A stretch of 64,000 nt of DNA from a virus (taxonomy: Duplodnaviria; Caudoviricetes): positions 1-64,000 of the IMG/VR virus record IMGVR_UViG_3300020037_001957; one strand, written 5' to 3'. This document shows positions 30,156 to 39,616 of the stretch, in pieces. The notes under the pieces were generated by a model. That model saw nothing but the letters and a program-made list of their open reading frames with translations. It was not told the DNA's origin and did no database searches. The position numbers and the translations under genes were made by a program. Position 1 is the first letter of the stretch; every line of letters begins with the position of its first letter.

Positions 30156-32390
30156 TTATACGTTGCTATTATCAATGCTTGATTTAATTATTTCTTGCTG
30201 ACCCTTTACATATTGTTGAGTTAAATTAGCTTTAGCCTTATTGTCATCAACCGCCATCTGCATTTCAGCACTTAAAACAATGTTATCTTTCTCATTTTTT
30301 TGCAAATCTTCACGATTCTCTGCTGCAATCTGTAATTGAGTTTGCATTTGTGCTTCTTGTATTTGAGCTTGTGCTTGTTGTTGTTGCGCTTGTTGCTCTT
30401 GTGCAATAGCATTCATTCTCTCCATAGCCTCTCTCAAAAATGCTTTCTTCTTAGCCAATGTCTCAGCCAACAACACATTCATTACATCCATAGTGTCAAT
30501 AGTCTTAGCATTGATAGCAAGCTGCATCACTTGTTCTATCTTCTGACTTATCTCCATGTAAGCACTTCCATCCTCCACAAACACCCCGTAATCTCTGTAA
30601 CCTATCTCCTTTGTTATTTGTAAGAAGTTAAATTTCTCAGAACCTAATATCTGCTCTCCCTTATCTAATTTATAAAACGCCCAACTAATAGCTGAAGCAT
30701 TTATAATCTGCATTAATACTCTTTTTGTAAATCCTGAGTAACCATAGAACAGCGCCTCAGTAATAGTTCTTGAATTTGATATATCTGCTTGTTGAGCAGT
30801 AGCCGTTGAACTAGCCGCCGTTTGCCCCATCCGATTTTCGTTAATACCCGTAATAAGATTCATCTCATTGCGAATATCATTTCTCAGAGTTACTAAATAA
30901 GCGAAGTTATCACTAAGCCCTAAGTCAATAGTTTTGATAATATCATTTGGGTTGTAACGGCTGCCGTTCTGCCCCGCTTGCGCTGAGTCAATATCCAACA
31001 CCCCGTCATTTGTTATCTTATGAATAACACCATCTAATGTCTCTAAGATACCAAGTCCTGCTCTATCAATAGTAATCACTTTACCTTTTGCTCTTACTAC
31101 ATCTTTCAATATTTGATACATTACAATATCGTAAATGTTCTCAAAGTTCTCAAGAACTTGTTGTAGAGATACTGTTACTCCATCAGTTCTTCCGTGTACA
31201 TATCCTACATAAGTAGAAGATAATACATGAGAAGGTTTGTCGGTTGAATGTTTCTGAAAATACGTTGGGCGCATATTAATATCAATGATACCGCCAATTC
31301 TCGTAGCCTCATATTCTTCTTCTCTCCATGTGGTTTCAATAGTGTATTCACCCTTATCTACCATCTTATCATGGTAGTCTTTATTCTTCTCGTATTTTAA
31401 AGTATCGAGTTCTAATCTACGGGTTGGCTTATCGGGTTCAAGTAATAACTGAGTAGCTGTTGATTCTACTATTTTGTAATAAGTAGGAGTAACTGACTTC
31501 CATACAATGTGTAATACTGCAACTTCCAGCTGCCCGTTGAAATCACGCATAAAGCCTCTACCTTGCCCCGTTGCTCCCCACCATGCTGAAGGATTCTTTC
31601 TTGCTGTTTCTAATTGCTCTCTTTGTTCAGCAGTTAGTTTATACTTCATTAAAACCGTATGAACAGGAAGCCATTTACGACATCCCATAATAGGGCTTTT
31701 CTCCATATAATCATCACCGTCAATAGCCTCAAAAATAGCATCGCGCGGGTCAATATTCCAATATTCAATATCTCCCGTTTCTGTTCTTTCTATCTGTCCG
31801 TAAACGTAATTTGTAATCTCACAGTTCTTAAATCCATCCGCCAATTTCTTCTTTAAATCAAGTTCTTTAATTTGATTGTCAAGAATAGTTTGCATCATAT
31901 CTTCAGCCTTGTCTTTAAATGACATTCGCTTCCATACAGGGTCATCTTCACTCTCAGGGATAGGTACACCTTCCATTAAGTCAACGCCTGTATATTTTTT
32001 GATTGTGCCTATCTCATCCTTAGCAAGCATAGCGCCCATCATTCTGTCATGCTGCCTCATCTTATCAGACATGGCTTCTGAATTAATTGTAGTAACTGTT
32101 GCTTGTAATGGGCGTTTTAGAAATTCTCCTTGAAGTAAATCAATCTTTGTTCTACCTAATCTGTATGCGATGTACGTGGCTTTATCAGCTTCTCCGTATC
32201 TGTTGGTTAACCAATCTAAAGAACCTTTTGTTTTGATTCCATTATATCCCATGAATAGTCGGGACATCCTTGAACGGGTGTTACTCCCGTAGATTAAGAC
32301 TGACTCTGCATAGTCCAAATGTGATTTTTTCCACGGTTCATCTTTATCTTTTTGTGGGATGTCTTGGCGCGGCCATATGAAACTACTCAT
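30156..32390 (-). CDS. Portal protein
   Basis: 744 aa between TerL and the scaffold/MCP genes; YRLGRTKIDLLQGE, TGINENRMGQ, DYGVFV and a Gln-rich C-terminal barrel. Confidence 0.88.
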   Translation of the reverse strand: MSSFIWPRQDIPQKDKDEPWKKSHLDYAESVLIYGSNTRSRMSRLFMGYNGIKTKGSLDWLTNRYGEADKATYIAYRLGRTKIDLLQGEFLKRPLQATVTTINSEAMSDKMRQHDRMMGAMLAKDEIGTIKKYTGVDLMEGVPIPESEDDPVWKRMSFKDKAEDMMQTILDNQIKELDLKKKLADGFKNCEITNYVYGQIERTETGDIEYWNIDPRDAIFEAIDGDDYMEKSPIMGCRKWLPVHTVLMKYKLTAEQREQLETARKNPSAWWGATGQGRGFMRDFNGQLEVAVLHIVWKSVTPTYYKIVESTATQLLLEPDKPTRRLELDTLKYEKNKDYHDKMVDKGEYTIETTWREEEYEATRIGGIIDINMRPTYFQKHSTDKPSHVLSSTYVGYVHGRTDGVTVSLQQVLENFENIYDIVMYQILKDVVRAKGKVITIDRAGLGILETLDGVIHKITNDGVLDIDSAQAGQNGSRYNPNDIIKTIDLGLSDNFAYLVTLRNDIRNEMNLITGINENRMGQTAASSTATAQQADISNSRTITEALFYGYSGFTKRVLMQIINASAISWAFYKLDKGEQILGSEKFNFLQITKEIGYRDYGVFVEDGSAYMEISQKIEQVMQLAINAKTIDTMDVMNVLLAETLAKKKAFLREAMERMNAIAQEQQAQQQQAQAQIQEAQMQTQLQIAAENREDLQKNEKDNIVLSAEMQMAVDDNKAKANLTQQYVKGQQEIIKSSIDNSNV

Positions 32391-32412
32391 TGATTCGATT
32401 TATTAGGTTGTT

Positions 32413-32420
32413 CAAATATA
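32413..32420 (-). promoter_or_regulatory. Bacteroidota-type -7 promoter box upstream of the portal gene
   Basis: TATATTTG on the minus strand; no clear -33 box. Confidence 0.4.
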
Positions 32421-32460
32421 TATATTTCTTTTAACTTATTTTGAACAAGTTTTCAAAGTG

Positions 32461-34476
32461 TTATTGTGGTGGTCCAAACATATCCCACATTAAGTCAGAA
32501 TCCTGCTGAATATCCTTCATGCTTGTGCCATCCCCCCTCTTTCTTCTCAACCCCCCGTTACCATCAGGTTCAAACTGAGTGAGCTGATACTTATCCTTAA
32601 CTACGTTTTCCTCCATGTTCTTAGGTTTAATGTCACAGCTTATATCCTGCATTAAGGCTATTCCATAAGCATCCGCCAAGTCATTATCACTCCCTATCTC
32701 CACTTCATCGTAATTGCCTAATTCATTAATCAAATGCCCGAACCAAATCTTATCTCCGTGGTCTTCTATATGACTCTCCATTAAACTCACCATCCTCGGC
32801 TTAGAAAACCCTGTTAACCTTACGCCTTTCTCGTGTGATTGGTCAGACTTCTCAGACTCAAACTTACGTGGTCTATCCGCCAAATAGTGTTTCAGTCCTG
32901 CATTCTCGTAATGATTAAATATCACTCCGTTAGCAACGTCAATAAGGGTGTTGTTAATAAGTCCATACATTACTGATAGTTTCATGCAAAGTTCATAAAA
33001 CACTTCTCTTCTTTGAGGGCGACATCTTATACAAGCAACGGGCATTTTCGTAATTCTATCTAATACCAACATTGCTCCTAATGACTTAGAGGCGTTGGCT
33101 TCGTTCTGGTCATAACTATCCACTCCGCCCGCAAATTTATTCTTATAAGCCTTACTTGGCAACTCCCCATCAATAATTAGCGCGCACTCCTCTTGGTTCT
33201 CATGTGGCTTTAATGGAACAGCTTTTACCTGATAAGGAATCTTGGGTAGTTTAGTCTTCTCGTCCTTCACCCATTCCAACTTATACTTTGTCCACTTTGG
33301 ATGCGTAAGGATATTAATCTCATGCATCTGCCTGTTTAGGATATTAGTGTTGAAACTGTTTACTACCGTCTTTCTGAAAATCTCTTCTTCATTAAGCGGG
33401 TTGTTCTGTAAATCTTCATTATAGGCTTTCTGATTTCCACTAGCTAATAGTTTCTTTCTTCTCTCTATAATCCAATTCTCAGCCGCCGCCCTATCTTCCA
33501 CTCCTATCAATTCATAAGGCTTGTAGGTTCTGTAAAGAGATGTTTCTAAAGGTAATCTTCTCTCAGGCTCTTTAGCTCCACCATAAAAGAACATCCGCGT
33601 TGCAGGAATTAAAAACTTCTCAAATCCTAAATCATCCGCCTCGTGCCACATCCTTTGCATATCTTTTGTTCCTTTGTTCAAATTACCACCAGTTCCAAAG
33701 CACGTCATCATTCCAACCTGCTTGTTACCTGACATTAAACAGTCTTTGGTGGCTGAATAAAACTCTAATAATTTCTCAAATTCTCCAATCTCTTCCGCAA
33801 TAACATCGTTCAAAAATAAACCCTTGAACATATTTGCATTGGTGTGCATTGTTCTTGCATAGATAGTACTAAACGTTCCTTTCTCTTGGAAGTCACCATA
33901 TTCATTTCTTATAGTGTAACCTGCGATAATCTCATTGTCATTGTCAGTTAATTTCTTTGTACTTAGTTCGGGGGGTAATCGGCTGTCGGCAAATCTCCAT
34001 TTAGCTAAGAAGTCATCTACATAAGTCTTATTCCCTGCTGCAACACCCGCCTTATAACCATCGTTAAATCTCCATCCGTAATCAATAATCATTGTACTTG
34101 CAGCCTCCGATATACCCTTTCTACGTCCCTTGGCGCAAATCAAATTCCTGCCATTCATCTTACAATGCTCAATGTAATAAGCAAGCTCTAAGTGTAAATC
34201 AGTCATATCGGGAGTCACTACACCCTTAATAGTAGACATCTGCTTATAGTTCATGTAGTAGTAAAATCTACCGGGAATCCATATCCCCTTTATCTCTATT
34301 CCATTTACTATCTTATAAATTTCTTCCTCCCAATACCTTTGCCATTCGAGTGTGCCGATGACGTTAGGGAATCTAACTGAGTCGGCGTATTTAGGGATGC
34401 CGTCTATAACCGCCTTGTTCAAAGCGTTCATAAAGCCTTTTGGTTTTATTATCGGGAACTGTGGGATGCCTGTCAT
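32461..34476 (-). CDS. terL: Terminase large subunit
   Basis: Walker-A-like KGRRKGIS, Walker B IAEEIGE, FGTGG coupling motif, nuclease acidic residues GVDSYD and DNDLADAYG. Confidence 0.92.
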   Translation of the reverse strand: MTGIPQFPIIKPKGFMNALNKAVIDGIPKYADSVRFPNVIGTLEWQRYWEEEIYKIVNGIEIKGIWIPGRFYYYMNYKQMSTIKGVVTPDMTDLHLELAYYIEHCKMNGRNLICAKGRRKGISEAASTMIIDYGWRFNDGYKAGVAAGNKTYVDDFLAKWRFADSRLPPELSTKKLTDNDNEIIAGYTIRNEYGDFQEKGTFSTIYARTMHTNANMFKGLFLNDVIAEEIGEFEKLLEFYSATKDCLMSGNKQVGMMTCFGTGGNLNKGTKDMQRMWHEADDLGFEKFLIPATRMFFYGGAKEPERRLPLETSLYRTYKPYELIGVEDRAAAENWIIERRKKLLASGNQKAYNEDLQNNPLNEEEIFRKTVVNSFNTNILNRQMHEINILTHPKWTKYKLEWVKDEKTKLPKIPYQVKAVPLKPHENQEECALIIDGELPSKAYKNKFAGGVDSYDQNEANASKSLGAMLVLDRITKMPVACIRCRPQRREVFYELCMKLSVMYGLINNTLIDVANGVIFNHYENAGLKHYLADRPRKFESEKSDQSHEKGVRLTGFSKPRMVSLMESHIEDHGDKIWFGHLINELGNYDEVEIGSDNDLADAYGIALMQDISCDIKPKNMEENVVKDKYQLTQFEPDGNGGLRRKRGDGTSMKDIQQDSDLMWDMFGPPQ

Positions 34477-35015
34477 TTCTTTTCTGTTACTGATTTAAAG
34501 TGCTTCTGATTAGTCATCATCTCTTCGATTAAACTCAAAGTCATCTTACCTTTCAACACGCCTTTCTTTTGCACCTCTTCGTCATATTCTCTCTCATACA
34601 CTTGAATGTTTTTACGAAGCAAGTCAATAGTATCCACCGTCTTTTTAATGTTGGTAGCCGAAGTGTCTTCTTGTAATGTAAGAAGTAAACTGTCAATCTT
34701 TCTTTGAAACTGACGTGCGGCTTCAATCTTTGGACTGTATTGCAGTGATGTGTAATCTCTGATAGCTATCTGAATACGCTCAGATTCTATTAAGTCGTAT
34801 TCGTTATCATCAAATGCGTGTTGCATTGATTTACGCTTTCTTTCGTGGTCAGGGAACTGTTTGTACGGGCTATGATAGTCGGTGTATAAAACGACATAAA
34901 GCAGCTCTTCGCTGCTTAGTACTGATAGTGATGGGCAAAGTTTGATAACTTCGGGATGGAGTATCGCCAATTTTTTATCGGTGGCTGACTCATCTATGTA
35001 AAACAAATAACTCAT
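34473..35015 (-). CDS. Putative terminase small subunit
   Basis: 180 aa helical protein coupled to terL, as in crAss-like gene order. Confidence 0.45.
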   Translation of the reverse strand: MSYLFYIDESATDKKLAILHPEVIKLCPSLSVLSSEELLYVVLYTDYHSPYKQFPDHERKRKSMQHAFDDNEYDLIESERIQIAIRDYTSLQYSPKIEAARQFQRKIDSLLLTLQEDTSATNIKKTVDTIDLLRKNIQVYEREYDEEVQKKGVLKGKMTLSLIEEMMTNQKHFKSVTEKK

Positions 35016-35018
35016 ATA

Positions 35019-35222
35019 CTATCGTTTTTTTATTAAGTCCCTGCAATAGTCATAATAAGACCTCATCTCTGAAGATGATTCTGCCATTAATTTTTTAAGT
35101 GTGATTAAACAACACTTCTTTACTTCCTCGGTAGTAAGATTTTCAAACTCACTAAACTCCCAATATAAGTCCTCGCTGAATTGCTGAGGACTACCTTGTG
35201 GGAATACTTCTTTTTTGTTCAT
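35019..35222 (-). CDS. Hypothetical protein
   Basis: 67 aa coupled ORF. Confidence 0.55.
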   Translation of the reverse strand: MNKKEVFPQGSPQQFSEDLYWEFSEFENLTTEEVKKCCLITLKKLMAESSSEMRSYYDYCRDLIKKR

Positions 35223-35596
35223 TATATTTCTCCTCCTAATTTATGCCCGCAATTTCCACAAGTTCCTTCTTCGTGTCTGCGTAAAAATCTTTGATACTTA
35301 AACCCTTCTGATTTACCGTAATCTTGTTCATCTACCGAAATAGACAAGCCTTTAATGTCGCTAGCTTTAGCTCTCACTGTTTCGTCATCGTTTAATATCC
35401 AATAATCGTCAAACGCATTAACGCCAATGATTTCAGCCGTTCTTAATCTAATTGTCCCGTCACTCATTTCTAATAAGTCGGTTGATTTTCCCTCTTCTCC
35501 ATTTTCAAAAAATGTTATAAATCCCTTAAACGGCATTCCGTTAAATTGTTCTAACTCTTCTTTTTGCCCTTCCGTGAGTGGTATGTAGTTTTTCAT
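35222..35596 (-). CDS. Hypothetical protein with a C-terminal CxxC
   Basis: 124 aa; ends CGNCGHKL. Confidence 0.55.
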   Translation of the reverse strand: MKNYIPLTEGQKEELEQFNGMPFKGFITFFENGEEGKSTDLLEMSDGTIRLRTAEIIGVNAFDDYWILNDDETVRAKASDIKGLSISVDEQDYGKSEGFKYQRFLRRHEEGTCGNCGHKLGGEI

Positions 35597-35608
35597 GGTT
35601 AATTGGTT

Positions 35609-36391
35609 TTAAAATTCATATAATTGGATTGGTTCTACTATTTGTAATATTTGAGATTTAAAGGTGTTGATAAATATTTCAACTTCCGATTTCATGTAAT
35701 TTGCAGGGATAACTTCGTTCTTATATTCAACCACCTTGCCTGTTGAATCCTTTATTGGAATGATTAAATCAATAAACATCCTTTCACACTTCTGACCCGT
35801 TAACTTCTCGTAATGCCATGCGTAAAACGACAACTGAAAGCAAATCTTTGTATACTTAGTGTTAGGCAAGTAATCAAATGGATAATTCAACCACGCCTTT
35901 CCTTTAGGCGCATAACTCATCCCTGCCTCAAATAACTTAAAGTCCGATATGTGAAAGTTCGATGTTTTAAAAGCACTCTTTATACTCAACTTGTCAATTT
36001 CACCAGCAGTTCTCGTTTCGTGATTAAAGATTACTAAGTCTTCAAATGTTCTTTTGTAGTCCTTGTACTTTAAACTCACTAACTTAACAATATCCGCCAA
36101 GTCTTCGTTTTCTTTTAGTATATGCCCTGTCTGAGAATAAAGCTTTATAGCGCCATCAAATCGAGTTCCTTCATCTCTTGCTGAGTTCCATTTGCCTTGC
36201 ACTGACTCCGCTGATACTCCATCACGCCTTGCAATGGCGGCTGAAATACCTTCTGAATCAAATTTCTCTGACAAGAACTCGAAGCACTTAGAGAAAGAAA
36301 CGTATTCGTTACCGTTATGAACATTGAAATATCTATGCTCTACTTTGTCAAGTAATACATCCTGAGTATAAAGAGTGTGAAGTTGGCTCAT
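35609..36391 (-). CDS. PD-(D/E)XK exonuclease
   Basis: AGEIDKL..FHISDFK catalytic core and YTKICFQLSFYAW motif. Confidence 0.85.
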   Translation of the reverse strand: MSQLHTLYTQDVLLDKVEHRYFNVHNGNEYVSFSKCFEFLSEKFDSEGISAAIARRDGVSAESVQGKWNSARDEGTRFDGAIKLYSQTGHILKENEDLADIVKLVSLKYKDYKRTFEDLVIFNHETRTAGEIDKLSIKSAFKTSNFHISDFKLFEAGMSYAPKGKAWLNYPFDYLPNTKYTKICFQLSFYAWHYEKLTGQKCERMFIDLIIPIKDSTGKVVEYKNEVIPANYMKSEVEIFINTFKSQILQIVEPIQLYEF

Positions 36392-37113
36392 TATAATCCT
36401 CCGCCTTCGCTAGTTACTTCCTTGCTCTTTTTACCTTTCTTCTCCTTAGCTTCAGGAACTACAATCTCCTCACCGCCAATTTCAAATCCTTCTTCTTCAC
36501 CTTCCTCCTCCTCCACATCCTCATCCGTGTCTATCTCAGCCCCGAATTTAGCATTCAAAGTCTTATTCATGTATTTCTTTTGGTCTTCCTCACTCATCTC
36601 ATCGAATTGCTCTCTGGTCATGTTGTGGTCTTTTCTTGCCTCCAACCAACGTAACATCATCTCTCTATCACTCACTACTTTTAATCCATCGAGATAAGCA
36701 GTAGCCTCCACTTTTAATTCGTCAATGATACCTCTCACTTCTGCGTAACCTTCATAACCATCACTCTCTTGTACCTTACAAGTTTTAAGTTTGATAGTCT
36801 TTCCCTCAAACACTTCTGTTTCTCCACTTAGTAAAAAAGAATCATTGTCAAATTCAATAGATGAAATGTCTGTTTCTAAGATTACTGTCTTTTGTTCAGC
36901 CTCCGATAATCGGTTGTTGTTTATCTTGCACACATCGAGCAAATGAATACGAAGGTCTTTAAATAGTTTCTCCATATCTCCGTGGATAGGGTTCTTGCGT
37001 TTCTCAATTGTCTCATTCAAAAAACTTCTATTGTTTTTAAAAACTTGTGACAAAAATGACACCTCTGCTCCTTTGAACCCGTTTGCCGCTAAACTAATTT
37101 TTTTAATGTTCAT
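36391..37113 (-). CDS. Hypothetical protein with an acidic C-terminal tail
   Basis: 240 aa; DEDVEEEEGEEE tail. Confidence 0.65.
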   Translation of the reverse strand: MNIKKISLAANGFKGAEVSFLSQVFKNNRSFLNETIEKRKNPIHGDMEKLFKDLRIHLLDVCKINNNRLSEAEQKTVILETDISSIEFDNDSFLLSGETEVFEGKTIKLKTCKVQESDGYEGYAEVRGIIDELKVEATAYLDGLKVVSDREMMLRWLEARKDHNMTREQFDEMSEEDQKKYMNKTLNAKFGAEIDTDEDVEEEEGEEEGFEIGGEEIVVPEAKEKKGKKSKEVTSEGGGL

Positions 37114-37133
37114 GTTATTTGTTTTTTATTTGA

Positions 37134-37346
37134 TTACTTGTTTTGTTTTTTATCTGACGAAAACCATTTATCTCTTTCGTCTTGAAGAACTTGTTTGGCT
37201 AACGCTTGCGCATCGTAATACAGCACTTCTGATTTCCTCTCTCCTGTATGCTTGTGCGTTTCTCTTCCGTCAAATCCATAGTTAATTGGTTTGCAATCTT
37301 TTTCATCCCAAAATTGTTTCTGCTCGTATTCACTTGTTGATGCCAT
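37134..37346 (-). CDS. Hypothetical protein
   Basis: 70 aa ORF with an A-rich leader. Confidence 0.5.
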   Translation of the reverse strand: MASTSEYEQKQFWDEKDCKPINYGFDGRETHKHTGERKSEVLYYDAQALAKQVLQDERDKWFSSDKKQNK

Positions 37347-37471
37347 TAGTTGTATTCAAATTCGTTAATAGTAAACCCAAACACTTGAATAGTATATCCA
37401 TCTTGCGTTAAATTCTTTATAGACTCTTTACGAATCTTCTTCTTTAGCTTTCTAGGGATTCTGTTTTTCAT
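37346..37471 (-). CDS. Small basic protein (41 aa, not in the ORF track)
   Basis: Hand translation MKNRIPRKLKKKIRKES...; TAATG-coupled; N-terminus resembles the 9924-10217 protein. Confidence 0.45.
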   Translation of the reverse strand: MKNRIPRKLKKKIRKESIKNLTQDGYTIQVFGFTINEFEYN

Positions 37472-37682
37472 CGTCATCTTTTTTAAACATTGTTTTTGCA
37501 GCTTCTTGTAATGCGTTGTCCCAACTTTCAGAACTCATTGCAATGACTCCGTAATCACTTGTTACCATCACCGTTCTGCCGTTATTAAAATACTCAACAT
37601 CACATCGCTTAGACTTTCTTTTAGCCGTTAAGTCATTCATCATGCTCATAAAATCTTCTATTGTCGGCTCTTTCTTTTCCAT
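37452..37682 (-). CDS. Hypothetical protein
   Basis: 76 aa; its start codon abuts operator pair 3. Confidence 0.55.
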   Translation of the reverse strand: MEKKEPTIEDFMSMMNDLTAKRKSKRCDVEYFNNGRTVMVTSDYGVIAMSSESWDNALQEAAKTMFKKDDDEKQNP

Positions 37683-37732
37683 TACAAATCTGTGATAAAA
37701 TTAAGTTAATTGTTTTCCTTACAACTTTGTGA
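37682..37732. promoter_or_regulatory. Paired operator-like sites 3
   Basis: TTACAAATCTGTGA 37682-37695 and TTACAACTTTGTGA 37719-37732 (37 bp period). Confidence 0.72.
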
Positions 37733-37997
37733 TAAACTTGACCGACAAATTATTGAAGTATTTTTTGTCATCGTTCTGACTCATCCTACCCTTCAACTCA
37801 AACTCTACATCCACTTCATCACCCTCCTCAAAGCCATCTATCAGCGCCATCCTTGGTTGCTTGCCTACTATATTAAATAGTATCGGCATCTCAGGGAAAC
37901 GCCCGTTGTCAATCATCACCACAAAGTTACGGGCAAATGTCCCGTCCTTTATCTCCCGAACCTCTTGGCTCGTCTTAAATTTTCCTTTTACATTCAT
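37719..37997 (-). CDS. DUF3127-like OB-fold ssDNA-binding protein
   Basis: GDEVDVEFELKGR..KYFNNL motif. Confidence 0.75.
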   Translation of the reverse strand: MNVKGKFKTSQEVREIKDGTFARNFVVMIDNGRFPEMPILFNIVGKQPRMALIDGFEEGDEVDVEFELKGRMSQNDDKKYFNNLSVKFITKL

Positions 37998-38269
37998 ATT
38001 CCTTTTTCGTCAAATAGTGTTATATTATCGTATTTATACTTGTCATACCCCATCTTATTTCTAAAGATAATGACTTGGGTGACACACTTTCCATTTGGTG
38101 TAATAGCCACTGTAATGTCGAAGTATCCTCCATGAGATAAGTCATAAGCCATATTCTCAGCAGATAAAACAGGGTCGTTTCCATCACCACTAAAAAGTTC
38201 ATCGGCGGCTGCATAACTATCGTAAGTGGCGGCTATCCCGTAACGGGCTATCAAGGTTGCGGTTAGCAT
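37994..38269 (-). CDS. Hypothetical protein
   Basis: 91 aa coupled ORF. Confidence 0.5.
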   Translation of the reverse strand: MLTATLIARYGIAATYDSYAAADELFSGDGNDPVLSAENMAYDLSHGGYFDITVAITPNGKCVTQVIIFRNKMGYDKYKYDNITLFDEKGI

Positions 38270-38366
38270 ATCTTAGTGATTACAAAGATTAATAAAGCTG
38301 CTATTACACAGTATAAAAACATCCGCCCTGCATTTGGGTCTATCTCAAAGTTCATTGTACTCATAT

Positions 38367-38918
38367 TTAATAATTATAATTTCTGTGATACAATCCTAAC
38401 ATAACTAAAACATCTGATAATTCGGACTTGTTTCTAATTCTGCCTGTAAATACAACGTCTGATGTCCAATTACCCGTTATTTCATTGTAAATTCTTTGTA
38501 GGTAAATTCCAACAACATTTGTTTTAGTGTCGTGGAATAAGATAAATGCGTCGTTTTTATTAATATTCCAAGCGTACCCATCTATTAGTTCGTTATCTTC
38601 TGACCAAACATTAACATAAACGCCTTTTTGAAATTTATCATTCTCGATAATATCAGATTCGTTTAAATACTTAACTCGAACATTCCATTTACAACCGTCC
38701 TTCATTAAGTTTATAATGTCCAATTCGCTTAATCTAGTTTCCTGCCATCCGCCCGTTGTCTCCTTATCGTCAATTTCGCAACAAAATCCAAGGCGATACT
38801 CTAGTGGTATTGGTTGGTAGTAAGAGTCCTCTTTTTTAGTCGTGTTTCCAAAGTTCTTAACGCCATCAATTATGATTGGTTGAACAATGTTTAACTCTAA
38901 TTTTCTGCCTGTACTCAT
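38367..38918 (-). CDS. Hypothetical protein, paralog of 38939-39343
   Basis: Shares RVKYL and FTGRIRNKSEL motifs with its neighbour. Confidence 0.6.
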   Translation of the reverse strand: MSTGRKLELNIVQPIIIDGVKNFGNTTKKEDSYYQPIPLEYRLGFCCEIDDKETTGGWQETRLSELDIINLMKDGCKWNVRVKYLNESDIIENDKFQKGVYVNVWSEDNELIDGYAWNINKNDAFILFHDTKTNVVGIYLQRIYNEITGNWTSDVVFTGRIRNKSELSDVLVMLGLYHRNYNY

Positions 38919-38938
38919 ATTGTAAATTATTTATAAAT

Positions 38939-39343
38939 TTAGTGATTAATATTCAACATTGCCATTAATTTAACTAACTCTGATTTGTTCTTAATTTTAC
39001 CTGCAAAATGAATTGTTTTTGCATGAAAAAATCCTGAATATCTCTCAATAGAGACGCCGCCTTCTTCCCAAAACTGCAATACATATCCATCTCCAATATT
39101 GTAATTAATACAATCAAAAAACTCATCTTTCCCGACAAACTCCCATCCCAAACTCTCCAAGTCTTCTCTGTCCAAAAACTTAACTCTAAAATTAGAAATC
39201 TTATCTACTCCTAAGCAAAGGTCGCTTAAATCGTCTTCATCAAAAATTTCGTTAATCCAAATTTTTCTACCTGATTCCGACCACTCTACTTCAAATCCCA
39301 CATGGAACTCTTCGATTTTAGGGGTGTAATACTTATTATCCAT
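38939..39343 (-). CDS. Hypothetical protein, paralog of 38367-38918
   Basis: KYYTPKIEEFHVGFE, RVKFLDREDLESLGW, FAGKIKNKSEL. Confidence 0.65.
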   Translation of the reverse strand: MDNKYYTPKIEEFHVGFEVEWSESGRKIWINEIFDEDDLSDLCLGVDKISNFRVKFLDREDLESLGWEFVGKDEFFDCINYNIGDGYVLQFWEEGGVSIERYSGFFHAKTIHFAGKIKNKSELVKLMAMLNINH

Positions 39344-39378
39344 GTTTCTGTTTTTAGCGTTGTGTATAAATAAAATAA

Positions 39379-39594
39379 CTATTTATACCTTTTAATTTCT
39401 ACTCTACCGTCTTTTAAATCTTTTGCGTGAAACCACATCCCCCACCTCTTTCTGAATCCGTCGGCTGATATTCTCACTATTCTAAACTCCCCCTCAACTA
39501 TCTTTGTCTCTCCTATCTCCATATCAGCAAAGCCATACTTACTTCTAGGGGCTATATGTATTCGGTACTTACCTACTAATCCTATTGCTTCCAT
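39379..39594 (-). CDS. Hypothetical protein
   Basis: 71 aa ORF. Confidence 0.5.
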   Translation of the reverse strand: MEAIGLVGKYRIHIAPRSKYGFADMEIGETKIVEGEFRIVRISADGFRKRWGMWFHAKDLKDGRVEIKRYK

Positions 39595-39616
39595 ACTACT
39601 TATACGTTATTAGTTT

